Source: Dehalococcoidia bacterium
GTDB taxonomy: Bacteria > Chloroflexota > Dehalococcoidia > Lucifugimonadales > UBA2962
Assembly (NCBI GenBank): GCA_965116605.1
Contig: OZ220697.1
Span: 1,439,013-1,503,012, forward strand
Reading direction: 5' to 3'
Length of the DNA stretch: 64,000 nucleotides
Shown: piece after piece, positions 30,334 to 39,654 of the stretch
Position numbering within the stretch: the first letter of the stretch is position 1
Layout: every line of letters begins with the position of its first letter
Notes under the pieces: model-generated
Seen by the model: the letters and a program-made list of their open reading frames with translations, nothing else
Database searches by the model: none
Told to the model about the DNA's origin: nothing
Position numbers and translations under genes: made by a program

Positions 30334-30582
30334 TCAATTCTCGCCACGCCCGGAGGCCTCTCGCCTGGCCTTCAGCACACCCACCGCTACAACCGCGGCG
30401 GTGGCTCTCTGGCGTCGCAGGCGCCCTTTGCGCAGGGCGCGCTCGGCTCGCCAGCCCCGCAGGTAAGCGACGGTTGGTCCCAGGATCGTCAGTATGACGA
30501 GCAGAGCGGCCAGGAGGGCAAAGGCGGTGCCCGCACCAATCGCGGTCGTGGTTACGGCCTGCTCCAGAGAGGTCTCTTCGAT
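30334..30582 (-). CDS. OadG/MmdD-like single-TM membrane anchor (start ATC 30582 or TTG 30627)
   Basis: One TM segment (AIGAGTAFALLAALLVILTIL) plus the late helix AAVVAVGV typical of gamma/delta subunits; lies directly upstream of oadB; AGGAGG 6 nt before the ATC. Confidence 0.7.
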   Translation of the reverse strand: MEETSLEQAVTTTAIGAGTAFALLAALLVILTILGPTVAYLRGWRAERALRKGRLRRQRATAAVVAVGVLKARREASGRGEN

Positions 30583-30813
30583 GGCGTGCCTCCTCGGCGA
30601 GGGGTGGAGAATCCACGGTCCGGGCAACTCGCGCGACTCCCGCGTCGCCCGTGCAAAGGCCCGCCGGCGGAGCGGCGCGTGACGGTCGTGATTTTACACC
30701 AAGGCCCCCTCTCCAGCCACCGCCGAGCGCCCGCCGCCCGCAGGACAGGCCGATGTCTACCGCTGGTAACACCGGGGTCCGGGACATATAATCGGGGTTC
30801 CTTTGGAGGGCTT

Positions 30814-31593
30814 ATGAGCGCTGCCAGCACGCAGGGCCGGGTAGATTTCAACAGCGACATCGGCGAGAGCTTCGGCTCCTACAAGATGGGCCTCGACGAG
30901 GAGGTCATAGGCTGCATCAGCTCGGCAAACATCGCCTGCGGCTTTCACGCCGGCGACCCGGGATGGATGCGCCACACGGTCGGCCTGGCCGAGAAAAACG
31001 GCGTCGGAATAGGCGCTCACCCGGCCTTCCCCGACCTGCGGGGCTTCGGCAGGCGGAACATGGTCGTCGATCCGCAGGAGGCCCGCGACGATGTCGTCTA
31101 CCAGATAGGGGCCCTGACCGCCTTTACGAGGGGAAAGCGGCTCCAGCACGTAAAGCCTCATGGCGCCATGTACAACATGGCGGTAAAGGACGAGGCCCTC
31201 GCCCGTGCGATCTGCGAGGCTATACTCGAGGTCGATCAGCGGCTGATCCTGCTTGCCCTGTCGGGCTCGCGCTGGATCGAAATCGCAGAGGAGATGGGCC
31301 TTCGGGTGGCGCGCGAGGTCTTCGCCGACAGGGCGCTCATGCCCGATGGGGCGCTCGCCCCCCGCTCCCGGCCTGGGGCGGTGCTGCACGACGCGGACCA
31401 GATAGCCGAGCGCACTCTCAGGATGGTCACCGAGGGAACCGTCGAGGCGGTCGACGGGTCGGAGGTCGAGGTGGTGGCCGACAGCATCTGCCTGCACGGG
31501 GACACGCCCGGCGCCGTCGCGATGGCGCGTGCGGTGCGCGACACGCTCGAGGGCGCGGGCGTGCAGGTCGTGCCGCTTGAGGAGCTGGTGTAG
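30814..31593 (+). CDS. pxpA: PxpA (LamB/YcsF) family protein
   Basis: DFNSDIGESFG, ANIACGFHAGDP, GAHP, HVKPHGAMYN, EVFADR and ICLHGDTPGA motifs; TATAAT at 30787-30792 and a GGAGG RBS. Confidence 0.93.
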   Translation: MSAASTQGRVDFNSDIGESFGSYKMGLDEEVIGCISSANIACGFHAGDPGWMRHTVGLAEKNGVGIGAHPAFPDLRGFGRRNMVVDPQEARDDVVYQIGALTAFTRGKRLQHVKPHGAMYNMAVKDEALARAICEAILEVDQRLILLALSGSRWIEIAEEMGLRVAREVFADRALMPDGALAPRSRPGAVLHDADQIAERTLRMVTEGTVEAVDGSEVEVVADSICLHGDTPGAVAMARAVRDTLEGAGVQVVPLEELV

Positions 31594-31598
31594 ACGGG

Positions 31599-32357
31599 AT
31601 GTACGAAGCGCCCCGCTTCTTCGAAGCCGGCGATTGTGCACTGGTCGTCGAGCTGGGCGAGACGATCGACCCGGAGATCAACGACCGCGTCCGCGCGCTC
31701 ATGCAGGCCATCGAGCGCCTTGAGGCCCGGGGCATCTCCGACATCGTGCCCTCATACAGGTCGCTCATGATCACCTACGATCCCACCCGGACCTGCCGGG
31801 ACGACCTTGTCGAGATGGTCACACGGGCCGACGGAGACCTGGGCAAGGCCGGGATGGTCGATCGCAGGGTCGTGACCCTGCCGACGCTCTACGGTGGCGA
31901 ACACGGCCCAGACCTTGACCACGTTGCAGAGCACGCTGGAATCGAGGCCGACCAGGTGGTGTCACTGCACAGCGGGGTCGACTACCGCGTCTACATGATC
32001 GGCTTTGCACCCGGCTTCCCCTACCTCGGAGGCCTGCCGCAGCAGCTGGCGACCCCCCGGCTCGCCACGCCCCGCGTGCGCATTCCCGCGGGCTCTGTGG
32101 GGATCGCGGAGTCGCAGACCGGGGTCTATCCCGCGGCAAGCCCCGGGGGATGGCGCCTGATCGGCCGCACCCCGGTGCGGCTCTTCGACCCGGAGCGCGA
32201 TCCCCCCTCCCTGGTCGTCGCCGGGGACTACATAAGGTTTGCGGCCCTCGGATCCGAGGAGGAATACTCAAGGATCGCCGAAGAGGTGGAGGCCGGCGTC
32301 TACCGGCCGGACGTGGCGTCGGCCAGGACCCCGACCTCGGTGCCGGCGGGCGCCTGA
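31599..32357 (+). CDS. pxpB: PxpB (KipI/AHS1, carboxyltransferase-like domain)
   Basis: VPSYRSL, YGGEHGPDL, IGFAPGFPYLG, GSVGIA and SPGGWRLIGRT motifs. Confidence 0.93.
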   Translation: MYEAPRFFEAGDCALVVELGETIDPEINDRVRALMQAIERLEARGISDIVPSYRSLMITYDPTRTCRDDLVEMVTRADGDLGKAGMVDRRVVTLPTLYGGEHGPDLDHVAEHAGIEADQVVSLHSGVDYRVYMIGFAPGFPYLGGLPQQLATPRLATPRVRIPAGSVGIAESQTGVYPAASPGGWRLIGRTPVRLFDPERDPPSLVVAGDYIRFAALGSEEEYSRIAEEVEAGVYRPDVASARTPTSVPAGA

Positions 32358-32370
32358 GCGGATCGGATCC

Positions 32371-33486
32371 ATGAGCCGCCGAGTCATGGAGATACTGGAG
32401 CCGGGGCTCCTTACCACCGTACAGGACACCGGCCGGTTCGGCTACCAGCGATTCGGCGTACCGGTCTCGGGAGCCATGGACCTGTTTTCCCTGAGAGCCG
32501 CCAACGTGCTGGTCGGCAACGACCAGGGCGCCGCCTGCCTTGAGATGACGGTGGTCGGTCCGCGCATCCGATTTCTGGACGACGCGCTGATCGCGCTTAC
32601 GGGCGGAGACCTTGCGGTCCGGGTCGACGGCAGATCGGTTCCGAGATGGCAATCTATGCGGGTCAAAAAGGATTCGGTGCTGACCTCCGACAGCATGGTC
32701 GACGGCATGCGCGCCTACCTGGCCGTTGCCGGTGGCATTGACGTGCCCGAGGTGTTGGGAAGCCGCTCGACCTACATGGCCAGCCGGATAGGCGGACTGA
32801 AAGGTCGGGCGCTAAAGAGCGGCGACGTACTCTCCGCCGCACCCCCGGACCCGGCAAAGCGGCACGAAGAGCGCGGCCTTCCGGAAGACCTCGAGCCGGT
32901 GCACTACGGACACTCCCACGTCATCAGGGCCGTCGTCGGTCCCCAGACCCACGCCTTCAGGCGGGATGCCGTCGATACCCTCTTCGATTCGCGCTACGTT
33001 GTGTCCATCGACTCCGACCGGGTGGGCTACCGGCTGGAGGGACCGCACCTGAGACACGAGAACGGGGCCGACATCATCTCGGACGGCAGTCCCCCGGGGG
33101 CCATCCAGGTGCCCGCCAACGGCATGCCCATCGTACTGATGGCCGACCGCGGCCCAACCGGTGGATACGCAAAGATCGGGACCGTGATATCCACCGATCT
33201 CGGGCGTCTGGCGCAGGCCAGACCCGGCGATACGGTCGCGTTTCGGCAGGTCACGGTCGAAGAGGCGGTGGAGGCGCTGCTGGAGCAGGAGGCGCTGCTT
33301 TACGCTCTGGACCCGGAGATGCTTTCAGGCGCCCCGGAGCCCGTGGCGCGCGCGCTTACGGCCTCCGGCAGCCCCTTGTCTCCAGCCATTCAGGAGGCGG
33401 ACATTTCCCGCCTCGAGACCCGGGTGGCCCGCGCCAGCATCGGTGGAGAAACGCTCGCTGTAGAGATCCTGATCGAGCGCGACTGA
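32371..33486 (+). CDS. pxpC: PxpC (KipA/AHS2, biotin-dependent carboxyltransferase-like domain) with a C-terminal extension
   Basis: PGLLTTVQDTGRFG, GAMD, GSRST, SDRVGYRL, GAIQVP and GGYAKI motifs; ~50 extra C-terminal residues. Confidence 0.92.
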   Translation: MSRRVMEILEPGLLTTVQDTGRFGYQRFGVPVSGAMDLFSLRAANVLVGNDQGAACLEMTVVGPRIRFLDDALIALTGGDLAVRVDGRSVPRWQSMRVKKDSVLTSDSMVDGMRAYLAVAGGIDVPEVLGSRSTYMASRIGGLKGRALKSGDVLSAAPPDPAKRHEERGLPEDLEPVHYGHSHVIRAVVGPQTHAFRRDAVDTLFDSRYVVSIDSDRVGYRLEGPHLRHENGADIISDGSPPGAIQVPANGMPIVLMADRGPTGGYAKIGTVISTDLGRLAQARPGDTVAFRQVTVEEAVEALLEQEALLYALDPEMLSGAPEPVARALTASGSPLSPAIQEADISRLETRVARASIGGETLAVEILIERD

Positions 33487-33490
33487 CCCC

Positions 33491-34108
33491 TTGGGCTGGC
33501 TGCACGATTTATCGGAGTGGCTGCTGGGTTTCGCCGAGAGCGGGTGGGCCGTCGGCATCCTCGCGCTGTCGAGCTTTACCGAGTCGATCTTCAACCCCAT
33601 TCCGCCCGACGCCCTACTGATAGCCGTCGCTATCCCACAGCCTCACAACGCCATCCCGCTGGCCCTGCTGGTCACGGCCTCGTCGGTGGCCGGGGCACTC
33701 GTCGGTCACTGGCTGGGAAAGCGCATCGGCCGCCCGATAGCCGACCGGCTCTTCCCGGAAAGCTACATCACGAGGGCCGAGAGACTGTTCGAGCGCTACG
33801 GGGTCTGGGCGGTGCTGTTTGCGGCCTTCACTCCCATCCCCTACAAGGTTTTCGCGATCCTGGCGGGCGTGCTCGGGTTCGACCGGAGAATCTTCCTTAT
33901 CGCATCGCTCATTGGCCGCGGCGCGCGATTTCTCATGATCGGGGTCCTGATCATGATCTTCGGCGCGCGCATAGAGGCCTTCGTGACCGACAACCTCGAG
34001 GTCGTGACCTGGTCGGTAGGCGGTGCGGTTATCGGCGTCGTAATCGCCGTCACCGCCTACCGACTCTATCGTCTACGCAGGCCGTCCGCCGAGGGCCGGG
34101 CGTCCTAG
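33491..34108 (+). CDS. YqaA/DedA (VTT) family membrane protein
   Basis: ESIFNPIPPD, AFTPIPYKVF and GRGARF motifs; 4 bp after pxpC. Confidence 0.9.
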   Translation: MGWLHDLSEWLLGFAESGWAVGILALSSFTESIFNPIPPDALLIAVAIPQPHNAIPLALLVTASSVAGALVGHWLGKRIGRPIADRLFPESYITRAERLFERYGVWAVLFAAFTPIPYKVFAILAGVLGFDRRIFLIASLIGRGARFLMIGVLIMIFGARIEAFVTDNLEVVTWSVGGAVIGVVIAVTAYRLYRLRRPSAEGRAS

Positions 34109-35813
34109 CGCTCCAGCCAGGAGTTGGCGTAGTAGGGGAAGGCCTTGACCTCGAAGTTCTTGAGGGCAGCCGTAGCCGGGTAGATGCTGTAGAAGATACC
34201 CTCGTACAGCGCAGGGACGTTCTTGTAGAACTCTATCTGCAGCTCATCGAGTAACCGCAACTTCTCGGCATCGTCTGTCGCCTGGGCAAACTGCTTCCTC
34301 AACTCGTGGAGCTTTTCCACCGGGGGCGGGAACAGCGCGTGCTGCGCCCCTATGGCCTCGTGTTCCAGCGGGCTGGTGCTGTTCCAGTGCACGTCCCAGC
34401 TGGTCGCCACGCTGAAGCTCTCGACGTTTCCGAACCTGGTGACGACAGTCGCCCAGTCAAGGGCGGGCATGTCAACGTTCATGCCCATCGCCTCCATCTC
34501 GCTCTTTACGACAAAGCCCGTCGGCGTGATGGTCGAGTAGTCGGTCGGGTTCAGAGGATCAGGGTCTCGCCGGCGTAGCCCGCCTCGGCGAGCAGCCGCT
34601 TTGCCTCTTCCTTGTCGTTGCGGTTGTAGTACTCGTCCGCTCCCGCGTCGGTCTCCCACCTTGTCCCGCAGTAGAAGATCGCGGGGCACAGCGTCCAAAG
34701 CTCCGTCGGCCCGAGCGACGCCATCACGTTGGCGATGTCCAGACCCGTCTGGAAGGCGATGCGCGCGGTGACGTTGTCAAACGGCGGGTTGGCGGGTATG
34801 AGCAGGTTGCTCCTGTGGCCCGGCTTGTAGAGCGGCACCGTGAGGTCCGGGTTCTGGTTCACCCGGTCATAGAAGTCCAGGCCCGCTCCGTCGACCACGT
34901 CCCACTCACCGGTCTCAAGTCCGGCCAGCTTCGTCTCCTCGTCCGGCACCTCAAGCCAGACCAGCTCGTCGATGTAGGCCTTTACCTCGCCGGTGTACAG
35001 GCTCGCCGGCTCGGTCCGCGAAACGAATTCGTCGAAGCGCGCGATCGTTATTCGATCGCCCTGCGACCAGTCGACGAACTTATAGGGGCCTGAGCCGACC
35101 CACTCCGCCGCCGCCTCGCTTGCAGGTAGGCCCTCGTCGAGCCGGGTGGGCATGATGCGCGGGCTGCCATAGGGCTTAGCCAGGCTCATGATCACCGATC
35201 CGGTGGGCTCATTCAGGATGATCTGGAACGACCTGTCGTCGGTCACCACGAACGAGTCGTCGTCCTGGAACTCCCTCATCAGGCCCGCGAGCGCATACCA
35301 GCTGGGCAGCCAGCGCTCGTAGGTGGAGCGCACGTCGTCGGCCGTGACGGGGGTCCCATCGTGGAAGGTAAGCCCGTCACGCAGGGTGAAGCTCCATGTC
35401 AGGCCGTCGTCACTCACATCCCAGCTTTCAACCATTACCGGCTGGTCCTCGATGTTGGCATCCCAGCCGAAGAGGGTCTCGTACATGTGGGAGGCGACCG
35501 CCGTAGTCACATATGCCCCACTGAAGACCGGGTCCAGCGACGGAATGCTGGCCTGCGAGACCACCCTCAGGGTGCCGCCGAACCTGGCGTCCTCCATGGC
35601 ATCCATTGCATCGACCACCTCGGTCGGCTCCGGCTCCATGACATCCTCGACCATGGCCTCTGTAGTGGCGGTGGGCTGCGCCTCCATTACCTCCACGGTG
35701 GGCGTCGGCGCGACGGGCTCGGGCTCTGCTTCCTCGGAAGGCCCGCAGGCCACAACCGCGAACGAAAGCCCGATGACCAGGGCGAATAGTGCTGCAAAAA
35801 AGGTTCTTTTCAT
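34105..35813 (-). CDS. ABC transporter substrate-binding lipoprotein (family 5), split by a 1-bp deletion at ~34555
   Basis: Lipobox VVAC; FGGTL, LDP, FHDGTPVTADDV and GSGPYKF motifs. Adding one C joins GETLIL to LNPTDY...SWLER*. No permease genes adjacent. Confidence 0.88.
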
Positions 35814-36006
35814 GTATGGCTCCTTGCCAACTCGAATCCTAAGCGCCCCGGGTCGCTCCGACTTCCAAGCGCGATACTCCCACCGGGCAGCGGCGGTGTC
35901 AACTTCGTGCCGCTGATCACAAACGCCTTGGAGCCCGAAGAGGCCCTGCCGCCGCCGTCATCGACTTGGCCGGCCACGGAAGGCGCATTGAGAGGGGAAA
36001 GGACCC

Positions 36007-36848
36007 CTAAAGGCGCCAGGTAGAACGCAGGCGCGCCAGCACCGAGCGGTCAAGCCGTAGGTGATCGACGCGCGTCCTACCCCACCGAGCCAGCGGCGCA
36101 ACAGGTACGGGCAATATGTCGACCATCGATTCGAACACGAATTCGGCGATGACGGGCAGTGAGGCAACGTCCTCGGCGTTGTAGCGCACCAGTGTGTCCC
36201 GCGCACCGCGGTCGCCGCCCTCCCACATGTACCAAAGGCGCACCGCGTCGGCCCCGGCCAGCCCGGAAAGCTCGCCGCGGTCCAGCCCGAGTCGCCTCTC
36301 CACTACCTTCAGGCCACCGCGGTATCCGAGCCTCCTGAGCGGGTACATCAGGTCGATGTGAGGCCTGTGGCCGAACATTGGGCGACCGAAGAAATGCTCG
36401 AGGAACGGCAGGTCGAACGCCGCCCCGTTGAATGTCAGGAAAAGGTCATACTCTCTGAGCGCCGATGGTAGTTCGCGCAGGTTCTCGCCGGACACGAAGG
36501 CGCGAAAACCGGCCCTGTCCAGCACGCCGACCATCGTGACGTCCGATCGGTAGGGGGACAGACCCGTGGTCTCTATGTCAAGGAACGCGGCGCGGTCGCG
36601 AAAGTCCGGATAGAGCCGCCACTTCTCCGAGGGAGGCAGCACCCGATCGAAGTAGGCTGCGTCGCCACTGGCAAGCCGTTCCTGGCTCTCCTGGAGCAGT
36701 TCGCACAGTTCTCCGCGCCGGACCTCCACCCTGGCGGGCAGCCCGGGCGAGGAGATGAATTCACTCCAGCACGTAATCCCGGACCGCCAGATCTCCTCCT
36801 CGATCGTCCCGCCGACCCGGGCAGGTGTATGAAGGTGGAGGAGAGCAT
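36007..36848 (-). CDS. YprB/RNase_H_2-like DEDD exonuclease, 1-bp deletion at ~36817
   Basis: MLSSTFIHLPG(V)GG.IEEEIWRSGI..W N-terminus is split over two frames; FLDIETTGLS, TFNGAAFDLPFL and YNAEDV motifs. Confidence 0.85.
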
Positions 36849-37001
36849 GGAGTCGGGGCGCGGCGCCCTGCAAGGATAAGTGGTCTTGATCGCCGTGTCT
36901 CGCCCGCATTGGAAGGGCGCCCGGAGGGGACTCCCCGACGACCGTTACACTACGTGCCTGTCCGACAGTAGCCGCAAAGACCGGATTAAGGAGTTGTCGC
37001 G

Positions 37002-37958
37002 ATGACCGAGCGCGGAGTTAAACCGACCGAGGACGAGGTGCTGGGTTGGATGGACAGCCTGAGCAACTGGGGCAGATGGGGACCTGAGGACGAGCTAGGG
37101 GCCCTTAATCTGATCACTCCGGAGCGGGTCCGCCGCGCAAGCGCCCTGGTCAGGGAAGGTGTCTCGGTCACCTGCTCCCGGCCGCTCGACACCAACAACG
37201 ACGCCGAGGTCTATCGGCCCACCGTGCGCCTGATGCTCGAGAGCGGCGAGGGCTGGACCCACCACGAAAAACACACTGACTTCAGGATCCAGGCCGCCCT
37301 CGAGTACGTGTCGATGGTCTACCACGGCTACCACATCACCCACCTGGACTCGACCGCCCACTTCTTCTGGAACGGCCAGATGTACAACGGTCGACCATCG
37401 TCTCTTGTATCCACCAACCAGGGGGCGACCGTGTGTTCAGTCGACACTGCCCGCAACGGCATAGTCGGCCGCGGCGTGCTGGTGGACGTTCCCCGCGTCC
37501 GCGGGATCAATTGGCTCGATCGGTCCGACGGGGTGATGCCCGGGGACATACTCGCCGCCGAGGAAAGCTGCGGCTTTACGATCGAGCCCGGCGACATCCT
37601 GTTCATACGCACCGGCCAACTCCGTCGCACCCTGACCGAGGGGCCCTTCAACCCGGTCGTCGATGGATCCACCGCCTGTCAGGCCGCCTGCCTGCCTCTT
37701 ATGCGCGAACGGGACGTGGCGGTCCTGGGCACCGACACGTCAAACGACATGCTGCCCCCACCCTACCCGACCGTGACCAACCCGATTCACCAGGTGGGCC
37801 TGATCCACATGGGGGTCTGGATACTGGACAACGCAAACCTAGAGGACCTGGCGGCCGAGTGCGCGGCGCGCAATCGATGGGAGTTCCTGGTCACGATGGG
37901 GCCCCTGCGCATAGTCGGGGGCACCGGCTGCCCGGTAAACCCGATAGCGATCTTCTAG
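37002..37958 (+). CDS. Cyclase (kynurenine formamidase-like) family metallohydrolase
   Basis: SNWGRWG, HGYHITHLDS..H, GRGVLVD, GDILFIRTG and GGTGCPVNP motifs. Confidence 0.9.
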   Translation: MTERGVKPTEDEVLGWMDSLSNWGRWGPEDELGALNLITPERVRRASALVREGVSVTCSRPLDTNNDAEVYRPTVRLMLESGEGWTHHEKHTDFRIQAALEYVSMVYHGYHITHLDSTAHFFWNGQMYNGRPSSLVSTNQGATVCSVDTARNGIVGRGVLVDVPRVRGINWLDRSDGVMPGDILAAEESCGFTIEPGDILFIRTGQLRRTLTEGPFNPVVDGSTACQAACLPLMRERDVAVLGTDTSNDMLPPPYPTVTNPIHQVGLIHMGVWILDNANLEDLAAECAARNRWEFLVTMGPLRIVGGTGCPVNPIAIF

Positions 37959-37992
37959 GGCGGAGTTGTGCACCCGGGCGGCGGCGGCAGTC

Positions 37993-38742
37993 TCATCTCG
38001 CCGTCAGCCCACCGTCCACGACCAGATGTGAGCCGGTCACATAGGACGACTCGTCCGAGGCCAGGTAGAGCGCCGCGTACGCAATCTCGGCCGGCTCTGC
38101 CAGCCTGCCGAGCGGCACCCTGGCGGTGGACATTGCCCTGCCCTCCTCGCTGGCCAGGTTCTCTGCGATCATCTCCGTCTCTACTGGCCCCGGCACCAGG
38201 GTGTTGGCGCGGATGCCGTCGGCGGCGTGCTGGACGGCCGTGTGCCGCGTAAGCGAGAGCAGGGCGGCCTTGGAGGCGCCGTAGGCGCCGCCCCTCTGGC
38301 TGCCGACCAGCGCGGTGGTTGAGGCGACGTTCACGATCGAGCCCCCGCCCCGCTCGCGCATCACGGGGACCACGCTCCGGGTCCCCAGAAAAGCGCCGCG
38401 GGCATTTACCGCCATAATGCGCGCCCACAGGTCGGCGTCGACGTTCTCTACGGGCTCGGTCTGGTAGATCCCGGCGTTGTTGACCAGCACGTCGATGGAC
38501 CCGAAACGATCCACCGACTCCCGCACCGCCACCTCCCAGTCCCGCTCTTCCGACACGTCCAGCGGCAGGAACAGGGCGGACCCCCCGCCCGCCGCAATCC
38601 CGGACACGACCCCGTGACCCCGCTCCTCCTCAAGGTCTATCACCACCACCCTGGCCCGCTCGCCCGCAAATAGCCTGGCCTGCGCGGACCCGATGTCGCC
38701 CGCCCCGCCGGTCAACAGGGCGACCTTGTCGAGCAACCTCAA
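37993..38742 (-). CDS. SDR oxidoreductase
   Basis: TGGAGDIG, NNAG, YGASK and VVDGG motifs. Confidence 0.92.
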   Translation of the reverse strand: MRLLDKVALLTGGAGDIGSAQARLFAGERARVVVIDLEEERGHGVVSGIAAGGGSALFLPLDVSEERDWEVAVRESVDRFGSIDVLVNNAGIYQTEPVENVDADLWARIMAVNARGAFLGTRSVVPVMRERGGGSIVNVASTTALVGSQRGGAYGASKAALLSLTRHTAVQHAADGIRANTLVPGPVETEMIAENLASEEGRAMSTARVPLGRLAEPAEIAYAALYLASDESSYVTGSHLVVDGGLTAR

Positions 38743-38806
38743 CGCCGCCTCCCGCGCAGATCGATGCGTAAGCGGAACCAGGCGGACCCTGATCCAGGCG
38801 TGAAGA

Positions 38807-39550
38807 TCACTGGGCCGAGTAGCCCCCGTCGACCACGTACTCGGAGCCGGTCACGTAGGACGAGTCGTCCGAGGCCAGGAACATGACCACTTTCGCCACC
38901 TCCTCGGCGGAACCCATGCGTTTCATCGGCACCCTCGAGAGCACCAGGGGTCCCTGCTCCGGATCCTCCATTATGAAGTCGACCATCTTCGTGTCGATCA
39001 GGCCCGGGTGCACCGAGTTGACGCGGATCCCCTCGGCGGCGTAATGGAGGGCGGAGCTCTTTGTGAACAGCCTGACCGCCCCCTTGGAGGCGGTGTAGGC
39101 TCCCTCCAGTGTGTTCCCCACCAGGCCGGCGGTGCTGGAGATGTTGATGATCGATCCGCCTCCCGACCGCCGCATGGACGGGACAACCACCTTGGTCCCG
39201 AGGAACACGCCCCGGGCGTTTATGGCCATTATGTCGTCCCATTCCTCGACCGGGGTCTCGTGAATGACCGTCGTGCGGAAGACCCCGGCGTTGTTGACGA
39301 GCACGTTTACCGGGCCGTAGCGGTCCTCGGCCAGCTCCACCGCCTTTACCCAGTCTTCCTCCCGGGTCACATCGAGGGAACAAGACAGGGCCTGACCTCC
39401 GAGATCCTCGATCTCCCTTGCGACCGACTCCCCGCTCACCACGTCCCCGATCACGACCCTGGCACCCTCGGAGGCGAACATCTTCGCCTCTGTAGCGCCC
39501 ATCGCCCCGGCGCCCCCGCTGATTATGGCTACTTTCCCCTCAAGCCTCAT
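38807..39550 (-). CDS. SDR oxidoreductase (3alpha,20beta-HSD-like)
   Basis: SGGAGAMG, NNAG, YTASKGAVR and IRVNSVHPG motifs; GAGGAGG RBS before ATG 39550. Confidence 0.92.
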   Translation of the reverse strand: MRLEGKVAIISGGAGAMGATEAKMFASEGARVVIGDVVSGESVAREIEDLGGQALSCSLDVTREEDWVKAVELAEDRYGPVNVLVNNAGVFRTTVIHETPVEEWDDIMAINARGVFLGTKVVVPSMRRSGGGSIINISSTAGLVGNTLEGAYTASKGAVRLFTKSSALHYAAEGIRVNSVHPGLIDTKMVDFIMEDPEQGPLVLSRVPMKRMGSAEEVAKVVMFLASDDSSYVTGSEYVVDGGYSAQ

Positions 39551-39654
39551 TTCACTACCCTCCTCGTCTCGGCCGCGCCATCTTCGGCGGACGGCCGGGC
39601 TCACCTGACCCTAGCTTAGCGTCGCACAGCTGGCCCGCTAAACCCCTGCGCACC

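Noticed and set aside
29260..31593. 777-aa ORF as a large PxpA fusion
   Set aside because: The N-terminal part is antisense shadow of oadB/oadG; the real gene starts at ATG 30814 with its own -10 and RBS.
34551..34553. Selenocysteine or readthrough at the TGA ending the SBP ORF
   Set aside because: The continuation is in a different frame; explained by a 1-bp deletion.
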